Below are positions 49,670 to 58,760 of a stretch of 64,000 nt of DNA, one piece after another. The first letter of the stretch is position 1. Each line of letters starts with the position of its first letter. The DNA is from an uncultured Pelagibacteraceae bacterium (GTDB lineage: Bacteria; Pseudomonadota; Alphaproteobacteria; Pelagibacterales; Pelagibacteraceae), in the NCBI GenBank assembly GCA_902519375.1, contig CABYJS010000003.1:12837-76836 (forward strand), written 5' to 3'. A program made the position numbers and the translations under genes. The notes under the pieces are model-generated. The model was not told where the DNA came from. It saw only the letters and a list, made by a program, of their open reading frames with translations, and ran no database searches.

Positions 49670-51000
49670 TTGCTGAATTCATGGATCCAGCAATTTTAGG
49701 TTTTATTCTAGTAGGAGTAATGTTATTTGCAATATTTGTTGGTTTTCCGATTTCATTCACTTTAATTTTTTTAGGTTTTGTCTTTGGTTATTTAGGTTTT
49801 GGTAAATTAGTTTTTTATTTAATGACCCTTCAGTTTTCAATGGTAATGACTGAACAAACCCTCGCAGCAGTCCCATTATTTGTGTTTATGGGAATTATGA
49901 TGGAGCAAGCAGGATTAATGGAAAGATTATTTTCAGCTTTTCAATTAATGTTAGCAAAAGTCAAAGGGTCTTTATATTATGCAGTTTTATTTGTTTCGGT
50001 AATTTTTGCAGCTGCAACAGGAATAGTAGGGGCGTCAGTTACTATTCTTGGAATTATGGCTGCAAAATCAATGAATAGATCAGGTTATGATGTAAGGCTT
50101 GCTGCGGGAACAATCACTGCAGGAGGAACTCTAGGAATTTTAATTCCACCAAGTATTATGTTGGTTGTCATGGGTCCTATTATGGAAATACCTGTAATCG
50201 ATTTATTCGCTGCAGCGATTTTTCCAGGCATTCTTTTGGCTACTTTATATGCAGCTTACACGACAATTAGATGCATGATAAATCCAAGCTTAGGTCCAGT
50301 TTTACCTGAAGATATGAGAGCAGCGAGCATGAAAGAAGTATGGATTGAGTTTTTTCTTGGATTAGTGCCGCCAGCAGCTTTAGTTTTTGCAGCATTAGGA
50401 AGTATTCTATTTGGTTTCGCAACCCCAACAGAAGCAGCAGGCTGTGGTGCTATGGGTGCTCTTTTATTATCTTTGGCTTATAAAAAATTAACTTTACCAA
50501 AACTTCAAGAAGCATTAGTTAAAACTTTAGAAATTACAGCTTTAATTATGGTTTTAGTTGCAGCATCAAATTTTTTTGGTGCAGTTTTTGCTAGATTAGG
50601 AACACCAACACTATTAACTGAATTTTTATTAGGTTTAGAAATGAATAAATACTTAGTTCTTGCAATGATAATGGTTATGATTTTCTTACTAGGATGGCCA
50701 CTAGAGTGGGTGCCGATAGTAATGATTATTATACCAATAATTTTACCACTAGTAGAAGCGTTAGGATTTAATTTAACATGGTTTGCGATACTTGTAGCAG
50801 TTAATCTACAAACCGCCTGGTTATCACCCCCCGTTGCACTTTCAGCATATTTTTTAAAAGGTGTGGTTCCTGAATGGGATCTTAAAGATATTTATTATGG
50901 AATGATGCAATTTATGGTCCTTCAGGTCATAGGTTTAATCTTAATAATTGTATTTCCTCAAATTGCACTTTGGTTGCCAACTCTCTTATATGGACAGTAA
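49666..51000 (+). CDS. dctM: TRAP large permease
   Basis: AATGIVGASV, GTLGILIPPS, ATPTEAA, QTAWLSPP. Confidence 0.95.
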   Translation: MIAEFMDPAILGFILVGVMLFAIFVGFPISFTLIFLGFVFGYLGFGKLVFYLMTLQFSMVMTEQTLAAVPLFVFMGIMMEQAGLMERLFSAFQLMLAKVKGSLYYAVLFVSVIFAAATGIVGASVTILGIMAAKSMNRSGYDVRLAAGTITAGGTLGILIPPSIMLVVMGPIMEIPVIDLFAAAIFPGILLATLYAAYTTIRCMINPSLGPVLPEDMRAASMKEVWIEFFLGLVPPAALVFAALGSILFGFATPTEAAGCGAMGALLLSLAYKKLTLPKLQEALVKTLEITALIMVLVAASNFFGAVFARLGTPTLLTEFLLGLEMNKYLVLAMIMVMIFLLGWPLEWVPIVMIIIPIILPLVEALGFNLTWFAILVAVNLQTAWLSPPVALSAYFLKGVVPEWDLKDIYYGMMQFMVLQVIGLILIIVFPQIALWLPTLLYGQ

Positions 51001-51025
51001 TAAATTTTAGTTTTATATTGTTTAG

Positions 51026-52483
51026 GTGAGTCAGCAAAAATCAAAAAAAACACTTATTAATTGGGATTTAGTCTCAGTTAATCCTAATGATAAAAATTGG
51101 AATTGGAAAGATTTGTTTTGTTTTTGGGGAGTTAATATTCAAAGTGTTATTGGGTTTTCTTTAATTACATCACTTTATGTAATTTATAATCTAAACACTT
51201 TTGTTGTATTTTTTGGATCAATTTTAGGATCATTATTAGTTTATTTTTTTTCTAACTGGATTGGTAAGCCTTCCCAAAAGTTTGGTTTACCTTTTATTGT
51301 TTTGTTAAGATCTTCATTAGGTATTCGTGGTGCAAAATATTTTGGTTTCTTAAGAGGTTTGGTTGGTATTTTTATGTTTGGTATTCAAACATATTTTTTA
51401 TCAAAGGCTTTTAGTTACTTAATAAGAATATTTATATTTTCTATTGAGCCTTCACTTTTAGATCAAGATATATTTCTAATATTTTTTTTAGGATTAAATA
51501 TTATTGATTGGGTATCAATTACTATAGCCATCATACTTCAAACAATTTTATTTAGCATGGGCATGAAATTTAATAAAAAATTAATAACTTTTTCTGCTCT
51601 AACAGTTTATTCAGGAATGCTTTTATTTTTCTTTTCAGTGCTTTTAAGTGATGTTAAATTTACGACTGAAATTTTTATAAATTCACTTACTCTTACAAAC
51701 TTTTTTGATAAGAATAACTTAATTCCTTTTATTACAGTTGCGGGTACTGTTTTTGCTTATTTTTCAATTATTATTTTAAGTTTTGGTGATTTTTCTCGAT
51801 ATGTAAAAGATGAAAAAGAATTAAAAAAAGGCAATATAAGTTTAGTTTTAAATTTATTTATATTTTCATTTTTTGCTTTGTTTATAGTTGTGGGAGCAGA
51901 CGGTTTTTTAAATGAGAATCCTGACAACCTTTCTAGAATATTTACAAATCCTACAGATATAATTGGATCTTTAAATAATTTACTTATAACCAGTTTAGCT
52001 TTAATTTTCATTATTATAGCCTCTTTATCAACTAACTTAATAGCTAATTTCATTCCTTCTCAATACACTTTAATTAATTTATTACCCTCATCTTTGTCTT
52101 TAAAAAGTTCTAGTTTTATTATTGCGATATTTGGTTTTATGGTCTCTATTTTTTGGTTAACTTTTTTAAGTCAAATAGGAATATTATCTTTTATAGATAC
52201 TTTTGCAGCTTTTTTTGGTCCATTTTTTGGAATAATGATTTTTGATTTTTATTTTATCAAAAAAGGAGATTTAATTAACAAAGACATTTATTCATTAGAG
52301 AGCAATGGAGCTTACTATTTTTCTGGCGGATGGCACATAAAGGGAGTTTATTCATTATTTTTAGGCTTTATCTTTTCAAGCTCAACAATTTGGAATAGTA
52401 ACCTAATGTTCTTACAGCCTTTTTCTTGGATAATTGGTGCAATTGTTGCAGGATTTACTTATTATCTCTTAGCAAAAGATTAA
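51026..52483 (+). CDS. NCS1 nucleobase:cation symporter family transporter
   Basis: GLPFIVLLRSSLG, FGIQT, GDFSRY, STNLIANF, YYFSGGW. Confidence 0.85.
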   Translation: MSQQKSKKTLINWDLVSVNPNDKNWNWKDLFCFWGVNIQSVIGFSLITSLYVIYNLNTFVVFFGSILGSLLVYFFSNWIGKPSQKFGLPFIVLLRSSLGIRGAKYFGFLRGLVGIFMFGIQTYFLSKAFSYLIRIFIFSIEPSLLDQDIFLIFFLGLNIIDWVSITIAIILQTILFSMGMKFNKKLITFSALTVYSGMLLFFFSVLLSDVKFTTEIFINSLTLTNFFDKNNLIPFITVAGTVFAYFSIIILSFGDFSRYVKDEKELKKGNISLVLNLFIFSFFALFIVVGADGFLNENPDNLSRIFTNPTDIIGSLNNLLITSLALIFIIIASLSTNLIANFIPSQYTLINLLPSSLSLKSSSFIIAIFGFMVSIFWLTFLSQIGILSFIDTFAAFFGPFFGIMIFDFYFIKKGDLINKDIYSLESNGAYYFSGGWHIKGVYSLFLGFIFSSSTIWNSNLMFLQPFSWIIGAIVAGFTYYLLAKD

Positions 52484-52487
52484 CTAA

Positions 52488-53240
52488 ATGAACAAAATTA
52501 AATTTGATTTAAATGACAGAACTGCTGTAATCACTGGTGGAGCTCAAGGTTTTGGACTTGATATTGCTAAAAGATTTCTAGATTCAGGTGCTAAAGTAAT
52601 AATTTGGGATATTGATCCTAAACTTATAAATGAAGTCTCTAAAGAAATAAATAATCCAAATTTAAGCTTAAGTATTGTTGATATATCAGATTACAAAGCA
52701 GTTGAGACTGCTGTTATAAATATTTTGAAAAATTCAAAAATTGATATTTTAATAAATAATGCAGGTATTACAGGACCAACAATGCCTTTATGGGAATATG
52801 ACATAGAAATGTGGAATAAAATAATAAAGATTAATCTTTCTGGCACCTTTAACTGTTGTAGAGCTATTGTACCAAGTATGATCAAGAATAATTATGGAAG
52901 AATAGTGAATGTTGCTTCAGTAGCAGGAAAAGATGGTAATGCCAATGCAAGTGCTTATAGTTCAGGAAAAGCTGGAGCAATCGGACTAACAAAATCCCTT
53001 GGAAAAGAGCTTGCTGACAAGAATATAGCTGTAAATGCTGTGACACCAGCCGGAGCTAAAACCAGAATTTTAGACCAAATGAGCAAAGAACATGTTCAAA
53101 GAATGCTTTCAAAAGTCCCAAGAGGAAGATTTTTAGAAGTTCATGAGTTTACTTCGTTGGTTTGTTGGCTTTCATCTGAGGAAAATACATTCTCAACTGC
53201 TGCAGTTTTTGATATCAGTGGTGGTCGTTCTACTTATTAA
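52488..53240 (+). CDS. SDR oxidoreductase (resembles 2-keto-3-deoxy sugar-acid dehydrogenases)
   Basis: TGGAQGFG, NNAGITGP, ASVAGKDGNANASAYSSGK, FDISGGRSTY. Confidence 0.85.
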   Translation: MNKIKFDLNDRTAVITGGAQGFGLDIAKRFLDSGAKVIIWDIDPKLINEVSKEINNPNLSLSIVDISDYKAVETAVINILKNSKIDILINNAGITGPTMPLWEYDIEMWNKIIKINLSGTFNCCRAIVPSMIKNNYGRIVNVASVAGKDGNANASAYSSGKAGAIGLTKSLGKELADKNIAVNAVTPAGAKTRILDQMSKEHVQRMLSKVPRGRFLEVHEFTSLVCWLSSEENTFSTAAVFDISGGRSTY

Positions 53241-53383
53241 CTTCGAGGTTTTTGCTCAACTATTTTAGTATTACTCACTTTTGCCCTACTTAATTTAATG
53301 TCATTAGACATTACGGGAGCAAAAATCATTATTGACCAATAAATCAAGAGTAAAAAAATTGAAATTGTCTTCATAAGGTTCAT
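53237..53383 (-). CDS. Small putative secreted/membrane peptide (48 aa)
   Basis: Manual translation MNLMKTISIFLLLIYWSIMIFAPVMSNDIKLSRAKVSNTKIVEQKPRS*; its stop overlaps the stop of the convergent SDR gene. Confidence 0.4.
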   Translation of the reverse strand: MNLMKTISIFLLLIYWSIMIFAPVMSNDIKLSRAKVSNTKIVEQKPRS

Positions 53384-53451
53384 TTAAAGTTAAATGTTGA
53401 TTTTTGGATGTTTAAATTTTGTCAAAATAATGTATTAACAATTTTTCATTT

Positions 53452-54102
53452 ATGAATTTTTTAATCAAATTTTTAATAACTTATCTAACAGTTATAACTG
53501 TCAGTTTTGCTGAGGAGACAAAGGTATTTGATTTTACTGAAAGAGAACTATCTAATCTAGAGGTCAGAAAGGTAAGAGGAGCAGACAATAAGACAATTTA
53601 TACAACAGGAGCGAATGAAAATGGAAACTTTTTAAAAGCTGTAGCTAATAACGCGGCCTCAGGATTGGGTAAAGAAATTAAAATTGATCTGGATAAGACA
53701 CCATTTATAAATATTACCTGGAAAATAGAGAAAAACTTAGTAGGAATAAAAGAAAACACTAAAAAAGGACACGATTTTGCAGCTAGGGTTTTTGTAATAA
53801 AAAAAACAGGCGCTACACCACTATCTAATAGAGCAATTAATTATGTCTTTTCAAGTAATAGCGATATTGGAAATAGTTGGCCAAGTCCCTACACTAAAAA
53901 ATCTATTGATAATGTGTTAGCTAGCACAAAAAATAATTTGAATGAATGGATTACAGTTAAAGCTAATGTAAAGGAAGACTTTAAAAGATTTCATGATCTT
54001 GATGTTAATGAATTAGATGGATTGGCTATAATGTCTGATACTGATAACTCAAAAATGAAATCAATAGCTTATTATCAAAATATATATTTTTCAGAGAAAT
54101 AG
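53452..54102 (+). CDS. DUF3047 domain exported protein
   Basis: Signal peptide, AASGL, WKIE, DFAARV, INYVFS, IMSDTDNS. Confidence 0.8.
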   Translation: MNFLIKFLITYLTVITVSFAEETKVFDFTERELSNLEVRKVRGADNKTIYTTGANENGNFLKAVANNAASGLGKEIKIDLDKTPFINITWKIEKNLVGIKENTKKGHDFAARVFVIKKTGATPLSNRAINYVFSSNSDIGNSWPSPYTKKSIDNVLASTKNNLNEWITVKANVKEDFKRFHDLDVNELDGLAIMSDTDNSKMKSIAYYQNIYFSEK

Positions 54103-54243
54103 TTATAATTTTAAATATTTTTTCAGAAAAACATTAAATAAAGCTAAAATAACCGCTACCAAAACATCTTGAATAGGACTTGCTTCTGGGTAACCAAAAT
54201 TCCATGCTGTCACCATTACAAACCAAATAACAAAAATATTCAT
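54103..54243 (-). CDS. Small two-TM membrane protein (46 aa)
   Basis: Manual translation MNIFVIWFVMVTAWNFGYPEASPIQDVLVAVILALFNVFLKKYLKL*; its stop abuts the convergent gene. Confidence 0.6.
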   Translation of the reverse strand: MNIFVIWFVMVTAWNFGYPEASPIQDVLVAVILALFNVFLKKYLKL

Positions 54244-54300
54244 TAGGATTATTATACCTTAGATTCTGTCAAATAATTAATTATTTGATATAATTATTTA

Positions 54301-54723
54301 ATGCATGAAAATTTTTTTCATAAATTAAAAGTTTATTACGAAGATACAGATTCTGGTGGCGTAGTATATTATGCCAATTATCTAAAATTTTTAGAAAGAG
54401 CTCGAACTGAAGCTTTATTTTCAATTGGATTTAGTAACAAAAAAGTTAAAGAACAATTTAATTCCCTTATAATAGTAAAATCTTGTAACATCGAATATAA
54501 AAAACCTACTTATTTGGAAGATGAATTAAATGTTAGATCTTTTGTAAAATCAATAACAAAAACTTCTTTTTTTATGAATCAAATAATCACAAAAAAAGAT
54601 GAAATAATTGTTGAAGCTAAAATTCATTTAGTTTTTGTCAATGACCAAGGTAAGCCAGTGAAAATACCTGATGAAATATACTCAAAATTTAAGCCTTATT
54701 TTTGTGATACAATTAAAATTTAG
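54301..54723 (+). CDS. ybgC: YbgC/FadM family acyl-CoA thioesterase
   Basis: VYYEDTDSGGVVYYANYLKFLERARTE. Confidence 0.9.
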   Translation: MHENFFHKLKVYYEDTDSGGVVYYANYLKFLERARTEALFSIGFSNKKVKEQFNSLIIVKSCNIEYKKPTYLEDELNVRSFVKSITKTSFFMNQIITKKDEIIVEAKIHLVFVNDQGKPVKIPDEIYSKFKPYFCDTIKI

Positions 54724-55393
54724 AAATATTTTTAGCTTTTCTAAATAATTTATTTATCATAGATGCAGTTATAACTTTAGTATTAACATTTCTTGGACTT
54801 GGATGGTAACTAGCAATTAATGTTTTACCATCAGGCAATAAATAGGTCTTACCATGTTTAAATTTAAATTTTTGTTTCATATCAAATTTTTCTTTATAAA
54901 TTTTATAACAATTATCAAAAGCTACTTTGCCAAGAGTGACTATGACTTTTAAATTTTCTAGATTTTCTAATTCATCAGCAAAATAATTTGAGCATCTTTT
55001 TAATTCATTATTCGATGGTTTGTCTCCAGGGGGTACACATTTAAGAATATTTGTTATATAAGTAGATTTTAATTTTAGATTGTCGTTAATTTTTTCTGAG
55101 AAATTTTGATTAGATATTTTAACTGAATTAAGACTCCTAAATAAAAAATTACCAGACTTATCCCCTGTAAAGGCTCTTCCAGTTCTAGTTCCACCGTGGG
55201 CTGCAGGTGCAAGTCCTAAAATCATTAATTTTGCTTTATGATCTCCAAAACCTGTAACTGGTTTTCCCCAATATTTTTCTTCTTTATTTTGTTTTCTTTT
55301 TTCAGTTGAAATTTTTTTAATAAAATTAATTAATCTTGGACATTTTTTACATTTAATGATTGTTTTATTAAGTTTTTTGAATTTATTATTCAT
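54713..55393 (-). CDS. Uracil-DNA glycosylase family 5 (UdgB-type, Fe-S)
   Basis: CKKCPRL, GLAPAAHGGTRTGRAFTGD, KCVPPGDKP, SYHPSPRNVNT. Confidence 0.9.
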   Translation of the reverse strand: MNNKFKKLNKTIIKCKKCPRLINFIKKISTEKRKQNKEEKYWGKPVTGFGDHKAKLMILGLAPAAHGGTRTGRAFTGDKSGNFLFRSLNSVKISNQNFSEKINDNLKLKSTYITNILKCVPPGDKPSNNELKRCSNYFADELENLENLKVIVTLGKVAFDNCYKIYKEKFDMKQKFKFKHGKTYLLPDGKTLIASYHPSPRNVNTKVITASMINKLFRKAKNISKF

Positions 55394-55395
55394 TA

Positions 55396-55953
55396 ATGAA
55401 ATTTATTAGTTTTTTATTTATTATTTTTATAACTTTCTCGTCAACGATTAAAGCGGATTCAATCAAAGATTTTAAAAAGGAACTTTTAGATGGAGGTAAG
55501 CTTATCTTTATTAGACACGCTTATGCACCAGGAGGTGGTGATCCAGACAATTTTAATATTAATGAGTGTAATACTCAAAGAAATCTAAGCGATCGAGGTA
55601 AAAAACAAGCAATCAAGATTAAAAATTTTTTCATAGAAAATCAAATTCAAAAATATGAAGTTTTTTCAAGTGAGTGGTGTCGATGTAAAGAGACAGCAAG
55701 TTTAGTTTTTGGCAAATTTGAAACTAAAAAATTTTTAAATTCTTTCTATAGTCCAAAATTTGAAAAAAATAAAAAAAAACAGATTAAAGATTTGAAAAAA
55801 TTTATTAAAAAATTTGACATTGATAAAAATATAATATTGGTAACTCATTATGTGGTAATATCTGAAGTTTTAGACTATGCTCCATCTTCTGGAGAAATTG
55901 TAATATCGGATAAAAGCTTTAAAAAAATTGGAAGTGTAAAGATAAATTATTAA
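55396..55953 (+). CDS. Exported histidine phosphatase family protein
   Basis: Signal peptide, IRHA, QRNL, SSEWCRCKETA, LVTH. Confidence 0.85.
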   Translation: MKFISFLFIIFITFSSTIKADSIKDFKKELLDGGKLIFIRHAYAPGGGDPDNFNINECNTQRNLSDRGKKQAIKIKNFFIENQIQKYEVFSSEWCRCKETASLVFGKFETKKFLNSFYSPKFEKNKKKQIKDLKKFIKKFDIDKNIILVTHYVVISEVLDYAPSSGEIVISDKSFKKIGSVKINY

Positions 55954-55959
55954 AATATT

Positions 55960-56085
55960 ATGTCATCAAAGCGAGCCATGAAACAAGCGCAAAAACAAGC
56001 TTATGCAAAACATAGAAGCAATATAACCAATAATAGATTTACTTCAAAAAAAAGAAATTTTAAAAAAAATAAGCAGAAAAATTAA
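55960..56085 (+). CDS. Small, very basic protein (41 aa)
   Basis: Manual translation MSSKRAMKQAQKQAYAKHRSNITNNRFTSKKRNFKKNKQKN*; fills the gap and its stop overlaps the convergent gene. Confidence 0.5.
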   Translation: MSSKRAMKQAQKQAYAKHRSNITNNRFTSKKRNFKKNKQKN

Positions 56086-56513
56086 CTTTCATTTTCGAAT
56101 ATTTCTATATCTTTGCATGTTGAAATTTTTGATATACCCTCTTCATTGTTTAAAACAGTTTTCATAAATATTTCTTTTTTTCCTTTTTCAAAATAGATCT
56201 GAGTATAAAATTGAGGATAACCATGCTTATGTGTTAGTATTTTATTATCCTCCTCATAAATATTTCTTACATATGAATTAGACTTTTTTATACTTAAATC
56301 AGTTCGTTTATATTTTTGAAAAGTTTTTTCTTTATAGATATAATTTCTAGTCATTATTAGTTCATTAAGATTTAAAACATACTCATTTTTTAAGAATTCA
56401 TCCTGTTTATCATCACACTTATTTAAAATAATTATCTCTGATTTTGCTATATCGGTTTGAAATATTAAAAAAAATATTAAAATTAAAAGATTATTAAATT
56501 TATTTTCTGTCAT
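56082..56513 (-). CDS. Hypothetical exported protein (likely start MTENK at 56513)
   Basis: N-terminal signal-like segment and two Cys residues. Confidence 0.6.
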   Translation of the reverse strand: MTENKFNNLLILIFFLIFQTDIAKSEIIILNKCDDKQDEFLKNEYVLNLNELIMTRNYIYKEKTFQKYKRTDLSIKKSNSYVRNIYEEDNKILTHKHGYPQFYTQIYFEKGKKEIFMKTVLNNEEGISKISTCKDIEIFENES

Positions 56514-56673
56514 TTTTATCTGCAAAAAACAATCCTACTAAAAAAAGAGCTGTCCAACCAAGGCCCAACAAAGCTTTAAATAAACTTGTATCTGCACTCC
56601 ATAAATTTAATACTAAAGCTCCAAAAACTAGACCAATTACAAAAATTATAATTACTTGAGTTGTTTTATGCAT
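56500..56673 (-). CDS. Small two-TM membrane protein (57 aa)
   Basis: Manual translation MHKTTQVIIIFVIGLVFGALVLNLWSADTSLFKALLGLGWTALFLVGLFFADKNDRK*; overlaps both neighbours in operon fashion. Confidence 0.65.
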   Translation of the reverse strand: MHKTTQVIIIFVIGLVFGALVLNLWSADTSLFKALLGLGWTALFLVGLFFADKNDRK

Positions 56674-57496
56674 TTTTAAATTTCTTATAATTTCTTATAA
56701 TTTTTTGTATTTCCTTATCAAATTTTATCTCTGGTTTAAAATTAAATTCTTTTTTAATTCTTTGTATATTTACTTTTGGTTCGTTGAAAATAATATTTGA
56801 ATTTTTATATAATACCTTGCAATTTGTAAACTTTTTAATTTTCTCAGAAATTAGGCCAATAGATATTTGTTTATCAGAAGCAACATTATAAATTTGATGT
56901 TTGGATTTATTTATAATTTTTAGTATTACATTAATTGCATCATTTACATTCAAATAATTTTTTTTTGAGTTTTTGTTAATAATTATACTAATTTTTCTTT
57001 TAGTAATTGATTGTCTTAATAATGTAGGTAATAGATATATTTGATTGCTAAAATAATGCCCAAAAACATTTGCAAGTCTTATTATCTTTATCTTAGGGTT
57101 GTTCATTTGTAAGCATAGACTTTCAGCAGCAAGTTTAAGTGATTTAAAATAAACTCCTTTTTCATTATGATTAAAAGTAATTTTATCAGTTTCTTTTGTT
57201 TTTGATGATTTTGAATAAACTCTGATACTAGACAGGTAAGTAAAAGTTTGAAATTTGTTATTAGTTAATATTTTGCTTAAAATTTCTAGATTAGCTATTA
57301 GTGCATTTTTGGGATTTTTTATACTTTCACTCGTACCAATACAATAAATTATATTACCCAGATTTTTATTAAATAAATACTTATTTTTCTTTGGAATAAA
57401 AATCTTTTCTTTTCTTTCCTTAAGAACTTTATATAAATTTGTTCCAAAAAATCCACTAGAACCAAATATTGTATATAAATTATTTTTTTTTTTCAC
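56666..57496 (-). CDS. NAD-dependent epimerase/dehydratase family protein
   Basis: FGSSGFFG, YLSSIRVY, IIRLANVFG, YNVAS. Confidence 0.75.
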   Translation of the reverse strand: MKKKNNLYTIFGSSGFFGTNLYKVLKERKEKIFIPKKNKYLFNKNLGNIIYCIGTSESIKNPKNALIANLEILSKILTNNKFQTFTYLSSIRVYSKSSKTKETDKITFNHNEKGVYFKSLKLAAESLCLQMNNPKIKIIRLANVFGHYFSNQIYLLPTLLRQSITKRKISIIINKNSKKNYLNVNDAINVILKIINKSKHQIYNVASDKQISIGLISEKIKKFTNCKVLYKNSNIIFNEPKVNIQRIKKEFNFKPEIKFDKEIQKIIRNYKKFKNA

Positions 57497-58329
57497 AACA
57501 AGGGTTTTCTGTTTAAAATTATAAATTTAACAAAAATTACTATACCAATTAAATAAGATATATTTTTTAGAGCTTCTTTAAACCTTAAAAATAAAAAATT
57601 GATTAAAATAAAAAAAAGGTTTTGAGTGAATTGTCTTAATAATTTAATAAGTCTAAATTTTTTATATTTATAATCATAAAGAAATTCTCCATACTTAAAA
57701 GATACACCCCTAATTAAATCAATTTTAAAACTATTTTTTGAAGACTGACTACTTTTATGAATAGCGAATGAATCTAAAGATTGGATCATTATATAATTAG
57801 ATTTATTAACTCTTGCCATTAAATCCTCATCATTCCAATATAAAAAAAAATTTTCATCAAAAAAACCAATTTCCCTTGTTTTTTTAACATCACAAAGCAT
57901 ACATGAGGCGTCAAGATATTCTTTTTTCATGTAATTTTGTTTAGTATCTTTATCACTTATACCTTCATCACTTTTTATAATAGGCCCTGCAAAGATGATA
58001 TCATCTCGTAATTTCATACAATTAACTAATTTTTTAATAGTTTGACCATTAATAGTGACATCTGGCTGGGTGAAAAGACAATATTTAGTTTTCACTTTTG
58101 AAAGCAATATATTACTAGATTTACTATTTCCCAAATTTTTCTTTGATGAGAAATATTCAAAATTAAACTTTAAAATATCATTTAGCCTTTTTTTTGAGTC
58201 ATATTCTTCTGATTGATTAAAGATCAAAACCTTAAAATTCTTATACTGATTAAGTAGCTGAATATTTTCAATTGGAGTTTTGTACAAAGTAATTATAATA
58301 CTTATATCTTCTTCAGTATTTTTTAACAT
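57493..58329 (-). CDS. Glycosyltransferase family 2
   Basis: IIITLYK, NLG, TQPD, GFFDENFFLYWNDEDL. Confidence 0.85.
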   Translation of the reverse strand: MLKNTEEDISIIITLYKTPIENIQLLNQYKNFKVLIFNQSEEYDSKKRLNDILKFNFEYFSSKKNLGNSKSSNILLSKVKTKYCLFTQPDVTINGQTIKKLVNCMKLRDDIIFAGPIIKSDEGISDKDTKQNYMKKEYLDASCMLCDVKKTREIGFFDENFFLYWNDEDLMARVNKSNYIMIQSLDSFAIHKSSQSSKNSFKIDLIRGVSFKYGEFLYDYKYKKFRLIKLLRQFTQNLFFILINFLFLRFKEALKNISYLIGIVIFVKFIILNRKPLL

Positions 58330-58578
58330 TTATTTTAATTGATCTTTTTTGTGTAATGAAATTCCATTTTTAATTTTATACTTATAAGATTCTTCAAAGC
58401 TTTCAAGTTACCAACCTTTTAGTCTTTTTTTAATTTTATCGATATTATCCATTTTCCACTTATCACTTGTTCTTTCTTCTTTCCAAATCTTTTTATCCTC
58501 ATTAGTTCTACCACATCCATAACAAAAACCAGTTACGGGATCTGTTTTACAAATACTTATACAAGGTGAAATAATCAT
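58330..58578 (-). pseudogene. DUF1289-family Cys-rich protein interrupted by an in-frame TAA at 58408-58410
   Basis: MIISPCISICKTDPVTGFCYGCGRT...RLKGW*LESFEESYKYKIKNGISLHKKDQLK*; the second stop abuts the ATG of the GT2 gene. Confidence 0.7.
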
Positions 58579-58667
58579 ATTTATTATTATAAGGGAAAAA
58601 TAATATAAATATCAATAATTGTCGTTGGACAAATAACATCAATCATATATAAAACGTTTAATTTTGT

Positions 58668-58752
58668 GGGGCGATGGCGGAATTGGTAGACGCGTCGGTC
58701 TTAGGAACCGATAGAGCAATCTGTGAAGGTTCGAGTCCTTTTCGCCCTACCA
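58668..58752 (+). tRNA. tRNA-Leu (TAG)
   Basis: 85 nt, GGGGCGA...TCGGT-CTTAGGA-ACCGA, long variable arm, GGTTCGAGTCC, TCGCCCT-A-CCA. Confidence 0.95.
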
Positions 58753-58760
58753 TTATTTTT

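Noticed and set aside
54301-54723. tol-pal operon
   Set aside because: ybgC is present but no tolQ/R/A/B follows in the window
58674-58760. 29-aa N-terminal extension of trigger factor in the ORF track
   Set aside because: It is tRNA-Leu sequence read in frame; trigger-factor similarity begins at MKVTIE (58761)
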